A stretch of DNA of 64,000 nt from Chrysomallon squamiferum (taxonomy: Eukaryota > Animalia > Mollusca): positions 39,494,001 through 39,558,000 of the forward strand of contig CM022670.1 of the NCBI GenBank assembly GCA_012295275.1, given 5' to 3'. Under the pieces are notes generated by a model. That model searched no databases, had not been told where the DNA came from, and saw only the letters and a list, made by a program, of their open reading frames with translations. The first letter of the stretch is position 1. The number at the start of each line of letters is the position of its first letter. The position numbers were made by a program, and so were the translations under genes. Positions 1-38,880 of the stretch are shown here, in pieces.

Positions 1-211
1 CCCAAAAATCATTTTACAAATTCAGTAAAAACCATTCGAAATATTTTCGAATATTTTGAAACATCTTTACAGTACATTTTAAACATAATATATTAGAAAT
101 ATTTGAACACATCTTTACATTAATTTATTAACATATTATACTTTTGATAAATGAATGAGTTGATAATGTGATCTTTCATCTGTTGTTGTGTTGTTTGTGT
201 TACTGTTTCAG

Positions 212-1829
212 AGAGTGTAACACCAGGATGCACACTGCCCAGCGTGTTACAAGGAACGTGGGCAATGACAAGATTTGGACTAACACCTCTCGGTTTTAAT
301 TCAACCCACGTTACACAGTTTCCTATTGACAAATCAACATGTAATTTATGTAATACTGCTTATGATTTCTACTGCTACAAGAAAACCGGAACAACACAAT
401 ATGAGCTCAAGTAAGTAACAGTATAGTAATATCAAACTTTGTAAATTTTAAAATATCAGACCATCGAGCTGTAGAACGTGAAATGTGACAAAATTGATTT
501 ACTGAAGTTAAGAAATAGTTTGCTTCTCCTGCTGTTATAGGAATTCTAGAACACTATTTGCTCTCAAGTCAATTCAAGTTAATATATATATATATATATA
601 TAAACGTTTTTTCTTTCAAAGTATTGTAGAAAAGTGATAGACAATTTTGCTGATAAAGTTTAATCATTTATGTATATAAAAAAAAACAGAACATGGAAGA
701 TCATGATTGACCCAGAAGTAAATAACATGAATTCACGTATATTTAGATTTAGATCTCAGTCACAACAGAACAGAAAGAAAAGGTAAATGAAATATTATGA
801 AATAATCAGAATATTACTATTATTATTATTATTGTCGTTGTTGTTATTGTAATAGTATTTTACTTTTATTTTCACTATTTGTTATCTTACTTTCGTTTTC
901 AGAAGTGTGGAAGGAGCACAGCTTTATTCTGGAGGATCGTTCACTTTGTACATGTGCTGGGATTTGGAAACTGTCGACGACTCCACTGTTATAGTCCACG
1001 AACTGACATCAAGTAAGAAAATCAAATCACATCATTAACTCGGTTTTAGTGAAATGGCACACAAAAATAAGAATTTTTCTAAAATCTGAATAAGCACTGT
1101 TAGTTTACTGACATGCAAATGAATAAAATGAATTTGTGACTTAACACAGGAATAAGTCTAAATAGATGGTGATTAAGAAACAAAAATCTAAAATTAATAT
1201 ATACAGAATGTAACTTAAGATTTTATGATAATTTTTTATTTTAAAGTATATATTTACATGGTAATAAGTGGTGTTTATCTGAAGTTTCCATGGTCTATAT
1301 TTTATTTCAGTTGGAATGTTTGGACCTAATCGTATGAAACACGATGCAAACGGAATACCTAACTCTTGTGATTATACCACTTCTAATTCAGACCATGGAT
1401 TAATCGTTAAACTTGGTATGAAATATTGTCTGTAATTTAAGTAAAGCTTGCGTACTATATAATAAATAATTTTCGATATAGGTAAGCAAAGATACAGTTT
1501 ATTTTAATCAGGTATTTACTCTCTACGGACAGGTTAAGTGTCACGTATACATGTTGGAATTAAACGTCTACTATTTAAGCGTTTTCATTAAATTTACTTT
1601 TAACTTAAATGGGGGAGAAAAAAAAATGCGTTAAATAATTTTTCTGTTTAATATTAAAAAAAAAAAAAAAAAATTAAATTAAAATACCTGTAAGTACCAC
1701 AGCAGGCACAAAACAGCACTGCTGATATTATAATAGCAAAGGTTCTACTATTTTATAATCTGTTTTTAATGAAAATTATTATTGATATTGTTATGATTAA
1801 TGTTGTTCTTATTAGCATCATCAATCATA

Positions 1830-1866
<37 letters not shown>

Positions 1867-3294
1867 GCTTCTCTGAGTTCGATAAACAACACGTGTCCTT
1901 ACGACATCTTTGGAAAATACGAAGACAAAAATTCTTCGTGTACTCTCGATATTGACGTCTGCTCTGATCATGCAGTTATCGCCCTTAGCAATGTCGGGCC
2001 TGGATGTAGCACAAAACCAATGTTCACCGGTAAAACACAAAAATCAGTTTAAAAGAAAGAAAAAAGTAACAGAAAAAAAAAGAAACAAAGAAAATGCCAA
2101 GGCTTTCTTTCTTTCTTTCTTTCTTTCTTCTTCTTCTTCTTCTTCTTCTTCTTCTTCTTCTTCTTCTTCTTCTTCTTCTAATTTGTTCTATATTAATTCT
2201 ATTTATAATTTATTTATATTATTATTTTTTTAATAAAAAATTTAATCTGTGGGATCAATGAATGACTAAATAATATCTCACACAAAAATAAATCAGCTAC
2301 TACCTCGGTCAGACAAAGGAGACTCTATTCATAAAATACACAAAACTGAAATTAAATTACAATATAAATTATTATGTAAATTTAAAAAAATATATGTATA
2401 GCAATACTTGTAAGTATAATGACTTTTTAATCATAGAGTTTTGCTTAACTTAGTGCCCATATGGATGGCTTATATCTTATCGTGCTTAAACATTATTATG
2501 TACCGACATAGCTTACTTCCATCTCTAATAGTCCTGCAGACACGGATTTATACAATTAATAATAATAATAACAACAACAACAACAACAACAACAACATCA
2601 ACAGTAATAGTGACAGTAATAATAATAATAATAATAATAATAAACAGGAAGAACAATTACAATAATATTACAAGAATGTCTGTCACCAGTGTGTTTGTGT
2701 GTGTGTTAATGAACCGCCTTTGAATACACAAAAGTTGTGAAATCAAAATTAAACGAATAATACGTTATCAAGCTTTCTTTCTGTTTATCGATGTTTTGTT
2801 CTCTGTTTCAGATGGGACATCTGTAAACTGTGTTGCTGGTGTTATAAAGGGCTCTACAACTTATCTAACCGTGTACAACAAACAAACGTCTGTCCAACCA
2901 TTCACGTGTCTGGTAATGTATCTCTGTAATCTGCCAACACAAGAACTGACCTGCACTTACATGCACACACATGCCAGCACGTGCACCTATCACTTCACAC
3001 ATCTTCACATAACTACACATAATACGTTTTCCAGATACAGTCATTGCCTGCTGTGAGTTCCGTTCTATTTCGTTTTAACTAAAATACAATGAGGCCTACG
3101 CATCTATGTATGTAATGGAACAGTCAGCTTTATATATATTCATTATTCTTATATATATATTCAATGCTTGTTGTCATTTACTGTCAGTGCAGGGTGATGA
3201 TGGTATTGATGATGCTGATGATGATATTAATAATAATAGTAACAACAACAATAATACTTTTTTATTCTATAACGAATTGAATTCCCGTTTTCAC

Positions 3295-3329
<35 letters not shown>

Positions 3330-5001
3330 GCTGAAGGAAATAAATAGAAAAAGCTTGTTGGTTACACTTGATAACATGTCCTGCAAGTGAGTTCAGTTAT
3401 CTCGCAACACCCAGTCAACCTACTCTCCCCACCCTGTTAGAAGTATGTGTGTCTCGTAACATCTGTTTACACAGGTCTTTTCATTCTGGACAAAGTACTG
3501 TTTGAATCATTAAGAATCGGATTACAATTATGCAGCTTATTCTGTTTTAAAATACTGAGAGAAAATGTTGAGAGAACATTTTTGGTGAGTCGCCAAATCA
3601 GATCTATATAGTAGGATCTATATAGTAAATTCTTGAAGTCTATATATTTTGGTGTATAAAAGTGTAAATATATATATATATATATATCCATGAGCTGCAA
3701 AATGAAGATTTTCTGAAAACGGTGTTTATTTATTTATTAATTTTTAAAAATATTTTTACTATAAAATTGGAGAAGGTTATCAGCCATATCTTTTGTTGGA
3801 ATAAAGACTGAAACATTCTTTTTGTTTTTATTTTCTTATTTTTTTTTTGGTAAAAAGATCTACAACTTAGGGGAAAAATACAGTACTTACTATTAGCGTT
3901 TTAAATAGATAAATGAATATTTATTTCCTTTTTAGTATTTTAAATAGATGTTTGAACACTTCATCGGTTTCGTTATTATTTACTGTGAATCATAAAACAC
4001 AGATCTCTCCCTCTCTCTGTTTATAATATTATCCTTTAGGCTGTTCAGATCTTATGAATTATCTGTACGTTGTTAACACCGTTTTCTGAACACTGCAATC
4101 CTTTATATTCATAACTCGTAATATTCGACTCTCACCTTTCATTGTTGGCGCTTTAATATAGACGCTTTGTATGTATAAAGTCTGCGTTGCATTCTTTGCA
4201 ATATCTTCAGTAACTACAACGCAGAGTAAACAACAGTAATAATAACAACAGCAACATCATCGTCATTAACAACAGCAATAACAAAAATAGCAAAAATGTT
4301 TTTAAAAAAATGATTTTTTTAAAACGGATTTTCTTTCTTGCCCTTTCTCTGGCTAATTTATATAATAATCTTTTAATTTGTTTTATTTACCTGTTTTATT
4401 TGTTTATTTTATTTACCTGTTTTATTTATTTCTTTTATTTGTGTGTTTCAGGCAATAAACAGTGCAGGTACTGCTGTACTGATGTCTCAGAATCCTCTCT
4501 ACTGTGTTTCTGATCAAACTGCTGACACAAGTACAAGTATCGGAAAACTGAACTTTGCCTTCTCACCTATAGGTGAGTAAAATATCTTAAATAATAATAT
4601 TACTTTAGCTATGTGCGTGTTTATCTATGTGTTATGTATGTACGTATATGTGTTGTGTTTCTGTCTGTCTGGATGTATGTATCTATATATCTGTATATAT
4701 ATATATATATGTATATAATATGCATATAAATAATGTATGTTTATATGTATGTGTATATTTGTATGTATGTATTAATTTATATGTGTGAGTATGTGTGAAA
4801 TTCACATATTTATACCTCGCAGGAAATAAGAAAAAATAATAACACTGTTTTCTCTTCTTTTCTTTTTTTCAGAACTCTGTCGTAAGTATGAAATAATCAT
4901 ATTGTGTATATTATTTTGTAGTTAACATGAAGTATAAATTTACATCAAAAAAAGTTCACACAAAAAACAAGATTATGCATCCTAAAATAAATTTTTGTAT
5001 T

Positions 5002-5032
<31 letters not shown>

Positions 5033-5677
5033 ATTTACTGATGAGACACATTTCTCATGCATTTTTTATAATAATGTTAAAAATTACTATAAAATGTGAT
5101 AGTAAACAGAAATATCACGTTCACATAATCGTTTTTATAGTATTTTAACTGATTCAGTAAAGTAAAATTTGTTTGATTTTCAATGTGTTTTGTGAAAGAA
5201 AAGAAAAAAACAAGAACAAAGCAAAGGAAATAATAATAACAATAATAATAATATCAACCATTATAATGATTCATTAGTGCAATCATTGTATGCATGAGTA
5301 TCCAAATACTAATACATTATTGTAACGCTTAATTAGAACAAAAGAGAACGAGACAAACTTTATCAATAATTTATTTTGACCTCATAATTATTTAAATGAT
5401 TTTAAAATATTAAAACAATAAATTAGCAAAAGTTTCGTTAACGCTGTCATGACACACGAAATAATAAATGCAAAATCACCAACATCTTGCAGCTATAGTT
5501 AATACGACCACGACCACGAGCACTACAACCACATCGGTCCCACCGACAGAAATGCAGCCAGGTCTGATAGCTGGCATCACGCTGTTGGTTCTTCTCGTGC
5601 TGCTCGTGTTAGTTTTGTGTTTGATCTGCTGTCTCAGATTCAGATGCAAAAAAAATAACAATAAGCAGAGAAAATGA
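212..5677 (+). CDS. Uncharacterised Cys-rich type-I transmembrane protein, 5'-partial, multi-exon
   Basis: Phase-compatible GT-AG exons: 212-410 (SVTPGCTLPSVLQGTWAMTRF...FYCYKK), 903-1012, 1311-1415, 1868-2029 (NNTCPYDIFGKY...DVCSD), 2812-2912 (SVNCVAGV...FTCL), 4452-4572, 4873-4881 (9 nt) and 5493-5677 (Thr-rich stalk, hydrophobic GLIAGITLLVLLVLLVLVLCLICC, basic tail, TGA). The start codon/signal exon lies upstream of the window. Confidence 0.8.
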
Positions 5678-5702
5678 AAGCAGAGGAAAAAGACATTAAA
5701 AA

Positions 5703-5960
5703 GTCAACAACAGTAATAACAGCACCAGTAACATCATCGTCATTAACAACAACAGCAACAATGTTTTATATAAAAAAAAAAATAATAATATTTTTATTAA
5801 AACGAATTTACAAATTAACTCTTGTACCTTCTCTGGATTCATTTATATAATAATCTTTTTCCTCTAGTTAATTTGTCTTATATACCTGTTTTGTTTAGTT
5901 GTTTTATTTAGTGATTTGTGTATTTGTTTTATTTGTCCGTTTTAGGCAATAAATAATACA
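5703..5960 (+). repeat. Local diverged duplicate of intron/acceptor segment 4230-4460
   Basis: Shares caacagtaataa...aacatcatcgtcattaacaaca and the T-rich tract ending in aggcaataaa with 4230-4460. Confidence 0.7.
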
Positions 5961-6006
5961 AATAATTCTCTCTCTGTGTTTGTGTTGGATTGGGTGAGGG
6001 GTGAGG

Positions 6007-6037
<31 letters not shown>

Positions 6038-6061
6038 TTTTTATAATAATTGTGTTAGCAG

Positions 6062-6418
6062 ATATGTTTTATAATGAAAACTCATATGACAATTATGATT
6101 CTGAGAGACAGCCTGTTAGAGGTACAGTAAACTGTCACGGAACCCAAACCATTAAACATCTTGGATATTTCATTTAGGAATATAAACGCTAAATTGACAG
6201 CAATCTGTATAAATCGATAAGTCTATCTATCCACTAGAATCCATTAAGAATCTGCACGGAGGACAGATTAAACAATTACAATTTTAGGTATGTTAAATGA
6301 TAAGGACACAGGCCAATCGCAGTTTACACCCTATCAAAATAAGAACAGACAAACGCTTGCCACAGTCGTCCGCAAAGACAATGTCATTCAAAAACATTTG
6401 GTTTCCCCGCCTGACTGA
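6062..6418 (+). CDS. Two candidate cytoplasmic-tail exons of the upstream membrane-protein gene (possibly orphaned)
   Basis: AG-6062..6121-GT (60 nt, phase 1-1, DMFYNENSYDNYDSERQPVR) and AG-6288..6418 (MLNDKDTGQSQFTPYQ...SPPD*) are mutually in phase and followed by AATAAA near 6526. Confidence 0.4.
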
Positions 6419-6544
6419 GCTCTCATGTTGGCCTTTTCTTCGCTGTTGGTAACCGCAGACACAAACGAATTCATTCAGCGGATATCGTTTCCAACGCAAC
6501 CAGAGATTTACATTTATATTTTTTAAATAAAATATTTGTGTATA

Positions 6545-6990
6545 AAAAATAAAATAAAATAAAATAAAATAAAATTAAATTAAAATTAAAATTAAAATTA
6601 AAATTAAAATTAAAATTAAATTAAATTAAGATAATTTTTAAAAATTCCTCAGATACGGTATGAAGCATTTGCCTCATTTGCCTCAATGTAGTTACCGCCA
6701 TGTATACTATACTATACTATACTATACTATACCATACCATACCATACTATACTATACTATACTATACTATACTATACTATACTATACTATACTATACCAT
6801 ACCATACTATACTATACTATACTATACTATACCATACTATACTATACTATACTATACCATATCATACAATGCTATACTACACTATATAGTTTACTATACA
6901 ATACTACACTGTACTATACTATACTATATTATACTTTACTATACTATACTATACTAATAAGATATGATATGACATGACATAATATAATAT
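6545..6990. repeat. (AAAAT/AAAATT)n and (TACTA/TACCA)n simple satellites
   Basis: Directly visible tandem penta/hexanucleotide arrays; they generate the YYTIL ORFs. Confidence 0.95.
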
Positions 6991-7756
6991 AATATAATAT
7001 ATTATAAAGCACAACAGTTACAAGGACATACGTAGAACGGACTTATTTGTAATCTTGTGAAAAGAATTGTAGTACTTTCGAATCTGCTTTGAAAATAAAA
7101 TACAATGGGATACCAAACAACATAGCTATTAAAATGAATATATTTAAGTTAGCGATCAACTAATTTACACGTACCAGTGTCAGAGACACATATAGAAAAA
7201 AAATCTTACTTGATGGTACAAAAAAGAAAACAGTATTTATCCAAAACTTATAGTGATTATCAAATACATGAACATTATGTTTCCTAACATTATTCGCAAA
7301 GTAAAAGCGAAAAAGACATATTTATTTATTTATTGACAAAATTAATGACAAAACAACTAAAATAATATTTTTTGTACCTTCTTGATATTCACATTTACTT
7401 TCAGACTTCTTTTTCAAATACTTTCTCCATTTTTCAAATTTTTCCCCACATCATACTTTAAAAATGTTTAATTTTTTCCCCCACGTTTAATTCGTCGTTA
7501 TGTGTAAATCATATCGTGATATAACTGTATAACAAACGCACAGAAACGCTCTCATACAGATCATAAAACTTGTACATTTTTCTATTTCTCTCTGTCTGTA
7601 AGTAAGTGTATCTTTGTGTTTGAATGTGTATGGGTGTTCGTGTACATACATAATAATGAAGACTTAAATACAAACAGAACTCATACGTCACATTGAAACA
7701 ACATGGCTTCTCACGAAGATCTCCGACATCGTCTGCTTCCGCTTTGTTTGGAAATC

Positions 7757-7870
7757 TATAAATATGACGTCAACAATTGAAATGACGTCACTCTCTGTTT
7801 GCTAGGTAAGTGGAAGGTCGTTGTAAAATATTTTGAAATATGCTGCTGAGATCGGACATCGTCGGTGAGT
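7757..7870 (+). promoter_or_regulatory. Candidate Pol II core promoter: TATA box, two full CRE palindromes, Inr-like element and downstream splice donors
   Basis: TATAAATA at 7757; TGACGTCA at 7765-7772 and 7783-7790; TCACTCT about 33 nt after the TATA box; AG|GTAAGT at 7805 and CG|GTGAGT at 7864; locally CpG-rich. Confidence 0.45.
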
Positions 7871-8249
7871 ACATCAAATTTAATTCTAGTTTTATTTATT
7901 TTTCAGGTCATTTGTCAATTTGGTATCAAAATTCAGTGATTTCAAATTTCAATCTATGGTTCTTGATCGGAAATTAATTTTCGAAATTGGCATTTATCAA
8001 ACTGGGCATTAAGTTTTTCGATTATCCGATCTAGATTACTTTGGCGAACCGTTTAAATAAGCGTCCAATTTAATTAACTTTTAAATTATTCTAAAATTTC
8101 GCCTGACGCTTCTAAATTTAATGTATTTTTGAATTTGAATAATTATTTATAATAGTGTACGACACAAAACAAATAGCTTTTGTAGTTAATAGAGTAGGAA
8201 TAGTTAAAAATTAGTAAAGACAGACACACACATACACAAACATACAGAC

Positions 8250-9235
8250 AAACAAACAAACAAAAAGAAAGAAAACAAGAGGGAAAAAAAGAAGAAAAAA
8301 GAAACGAAAAGATAAGAAGAGGCAAGAATAAGAAGAAAATGAAAAAGAAAGAAGAACAAGAACAAAGAACAATAAGAAAAAAAAAGAACATGAAGAAAGA
8401 AGAAAAGGAAGAAGAAAGAAGAACAAGAAAAAGAAGAAAAGGAAGAAGAAAGAAGAAGAAGAAAGAAGAAAAAAGAAGAGAAAGAAGAAGAAGAAAGAAG
8501 AAAAGGAAGAAGAGAAGAAAAGAAGAAGAAAAAGAAGAAAAGGAAGAAAAAGAAGAAGAAGAAGAAAAAGAAAAGGAAGAAGAAAGAAGAAGAAGAAGAA
8601 AGAAGAAAAGGAAGAAGAAAGAAGAAGAAAAAGAAGAACAAAAAGAAGAAAAAAAGAAGAAGGAAGAAGAAAGAAGAAGAAGAAGAAAGAAGAAAAGGAA
8701 GAAGAAAGAAGAAGAAGAAGAAAGAAGAAAAGGAAGAAGAAAGAAGAAAGAAGAAAAGAAGAACAAGAAAAAGAAGAAAAGGAAGAAGAAAGAAGAACAA
8801 GAAGAAAGAAGAAAAAAAGAAAGAAGAACAAGAAGAAATAAAAAAGGAAGAAGAAAGAAGAAAAGGAAGAAGAAAGAAGAAAGAAGAAGAAAGAAGAAAA
8901 AAAAGGAAGAAGAAAGAAGAACAAGAAGAAAGAAGAAAAGGAAGAAGAAAGAAGAACAAGAAGAAAGAAGAAAAGGAAGAAGAAAGAAGAACAAGAAGAA
9001 AGAAGAAAAGGATGAAGAAAGAAGAACAAGAAAAAAGAAGAAAAGGATGAAGAAAGAAGAACAAGAAAAAAGAAAAAAGGAAGAAGAAAACAAACAAGAA
9101 AAAAGAAGAAAAGGATGAAGAAAGAAGAACAAGAAAAAAGAAGAAAAGGATGAAGAAAGAAGAACAAGAAGAAAGAAGAAAAGGAAGAAGAAAGAAGAAC
9201 AAGAAAAAAGAAGAAAAGGAAGAAGAAAGAAGAAT
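8250..9235. repeat. About 1 kb degenerate (GAA)n polypurine tract
   Basis: Almost only A and G on the + strand; source of the four long low-complexity ORFs at 8143-9273. Confidence 0.97.
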
Positions 9236-10500
9236 TCTGCTTTCGGTTTGTTTTTAATATTTTCTGTAAACAATTAATTGAAATAAAATCGATTTTAACA
9301 CAACAGTGTGTTTGTTTTATTTACGAATAATTTATTACTAACAAACACTAACATTAGAAATAGTCTAGGTAGTAAGTTTTTATTATAATTTTTATTTTCT
9401 GTTATGTGTCGTATGCTATTCAAATAAAATAAAAATTTATATTAATTATTCCTCACCACTGTAAATCATTATTATTATTATTAAATGTGCATTTTATTAT
9501 TTCAATAAACTGTACCTTAAATGCAGCGACAGTGAGTCACCTGGTGAGTGATGACACCCCCACCTCAGTGTGGCTAATACGGGATTACTCATACTTGAAA
9601 ATGAGCTGTCCTGGGGGACTGTTCACCTTAGGTACAGAACACAAAACACCAGTGTTAAATTTCATTTGAAAATATCTCAATTAGTTTAAAATAAATAACA
9701 AAAGATATAATGATAAAATGATTATAAACAAATAGTTTCTCTATGTTTACTGATGCACGATACTCATTTTCAGTATTTTAATTATAATTAATTACATGAC
9801 CTAATTCTGTATTTCACTAATTCATTACCTTTTTGTTATTCACATTTACTTTGTTATTATTGCTGAAATGCTTTGCCTTATACACTTGTATTTTATTTTG
9901 TTTAGAAATGAAAAATATAAATTATATTTTAAAATAATTCTTGCACTTTAGCTTTAGAACTTCAGAGAGGTCAAGGCCATTTCGTCTAGACAGTCTCGCC
10001 ACGCGGTATGTTGAGTATCCTTATGTAGGATCATGAGAAATGAAGTATCAAAACTGCACGTTTGTCATTTTAAGCAAATGCAGTTGTTTTTCCCTTTTCA
10101 TAATCAGGCTTGAAAATATGTGAGGTACTTTTTGTAGTAGTAGTAAAACAGATTTCTAGAAATAGTCGCTGTTTTAGTTATTTTGAATATCCCTTATGCA
10201 ATTCATTTCGTTTGTTTTCTTCCATTTTATTTTTTATTTTGTGTGAACGACGTGTCGTCTCCGAATTTTATTTTAAAGTTCTACTTTATTATTTGGAAAG
10301 ATTTTGTCCCTAGTTTGGAACAAATTAATTACTGGAAGTGTATCAGAAATACTTTGTAAATGAATTCATCTAAATGTTATTTTTCTGAAGTTATAATTTA
10401 GTTTCGTTTTAATACATTAAGTAATTTGAAGGTGATTATGTTAATGTTAATATTTAAGTTTTCATTATTATTTTTTTCTTGGAAACGTTATTTTAATTAC

Positions 10501-10602
10501 GTTTTGTTCTCTGTAAACTGTGTTGCTGGTGTTGTAAAGGGTTCTACAACTTATCTAACCGTGTTCAACAAACAAACGTCTGTCCAACCATTCACGTGTC
10601 TG
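10501..10602 (+). pseudogene. Decayed duplicate of exon 2812-2912 lacking its splice acceptor
   Basis: Near-identical to 2793-2912 (NCVAGV[I/V]KGSTTYLTV[Y/F]NKQTSVQPFTCL), but 18 nt including the acceptor AG are deleted between TCTGT microhomologies. Confidence 0.85.
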
Positions 10603-11196
10603 GTGAGAAAAATGTAAATACTGTACTTATTTTAACAATAATGATGATGATGATGATGATGATGTTAATAATAACGATAATGATGATGATAATAATAACG
10701 AAAACAAAAACGATAACAAATAACAAATATAATAATTTTTACCTGAAATATTTTATCTGATTTATTTATTTGTTTTATTTGTGTGTTTGAAGGTCTTACA
10801 TTTATTATTATTGTTAATTTATTTAAAAGCAATGTTTATCATCGTTTGTTCTTAATAAATGTGCAGGTATGAAAAACAAAGTGGGCACCTTCATTTATCA
10901 GTTTCTTCGTAATATTTATTGTCAATCTTGACTATTAGTTCAGACTGAAACAAAGCATAAGTAATTTATTTGTTTTAGGAAACTTTATTGTACCATATAA
11001 TCCTTCAAAAATAAACAGTCTTGAAGTTACATTTTCTTTTATCGGTAATGAAAAAAACAAAAACACAAACAAAACAAAACAAAACAAAACACCAAGGAAT
11101 ATCCGTATACTCTTGCATGATATACAAAATCAAAACGGATAACTGAAACAGTTCTGTTTATTCGTAACGCCCCTCGTTATCACTTGTACCAGTTCA

Positions 11197-37908
<26,712 letters not shown>

Positions 37909-38698
37909 GTCCTTCTCTTTCAGCCAGAAGACGCCACGGACAAATTTCTTCTGGAGAGTTTGCTTACTAAACAGTCCAGCATTTGCACCAGTCACTTCCG
38001 GACTCTTGCCAACTGAAGTACGAACTTCAAGCAAAGCATGGACCAGTTTACGCAGTTTTGTTTTACTGTTTCAAACCGACTTGGTTGCTGGTGTTAATAA
38101 ATATTTCTGTGACTCGAGATTCGGTGATGAATGTGTGTTTATAAATGAATGAGTGTGTGAAGAAGAACATCGTACCATACTTAAGCTGCTCTGTTCGCTT
38201 AGCAGCAAGGATTCTTTTAAACGTGTTTGTTGAATCATGCTGAGCGATATTCTTAGAATTTAAAATAATAATAATAATAATAATATAATAAAATAAATAA
38301 AAATAAATAAATAAATAAAAAATAATAATAAACAAATAAATAAAATTAAATTAAATTAAAAAATTTAAAAAAAATAAATAAATAAAAAATAATAGTAAAA
38401 AAAAAAAATAATAATAAAAAAAAAAAAATAGAACCGAACAAAAAAAAACTGACGTATATTGGCTAGAACAAGCAATGCTAGTTTGTATGCAACTAAGGAT
38501 TATTTCAGCATGACATGAACGCTCTACCAGTTTTTTTATTTGTTTGACATTGTTTAGAGCTGTTTACAGAGATTAAAACAACCCGCACCGCTAGAGATTC
38601 GAACTCTTCAAAGAACGGACATTATCTCACCACTCATATATATATTTGTGTGTGTGTGTGTGTGTTGTGTGTTTTTAGGATTTGAATATTCTGTCTTA

Positions 38699-38880
38699 CA
38701 TATACGTCTGATTAGACTGTGACATAGGCTATATTCGGGAACGCACTGGCGCAGGAGGACAAAGTTCAATCACGACCTCACAAACCTGTCAGATGCCGCT
38801 GACGAGACTCGAACGTGAGGCAACCATTCGCCCGCACACCGAAGGCGGATGACGTCACAATTCGGCATCGAACTGTATCT
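38699..38880 (-). promoter_or_regulatory. Candidate promoter / first non-coding exon of the Ig/FN3 gene
   Basis: CpG/GC-rich patch with a full CRE (TGACGTCA, 38850-38857), a minus-strand donor AT|GTAAGA at about 38698 and a matching acceptor at about 38252 upstream of the ATG. Confidence 0.45.

Noticed and set aside
6660-6977. YYTIL-repeat ORFs
   Set aside because: Translation of a (TACTA)n satellite.
8143-9273. Four long ORFs (259-376 aa) rich in F/S/L or K/R/E
   Set aside because: Stop-free artefacts of the (GAA)n tract, open in several frames at once.
37910-38335. ORFs upstream of the signal exon as a transposon remnant
   Set aside because: No recognisable transposase or reverse-transcriptase motif. 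Better explained as 5'UTR of the Ig/FN3 gene.
38794-38870. tRNA-like sequence (GTTCGAGTC B-box on the minus strand)
   Set aside because: The acceptor stem and T-arm do not pair and there is no clear A-box or anticodon arm. At most a degenerate SINE remnant.
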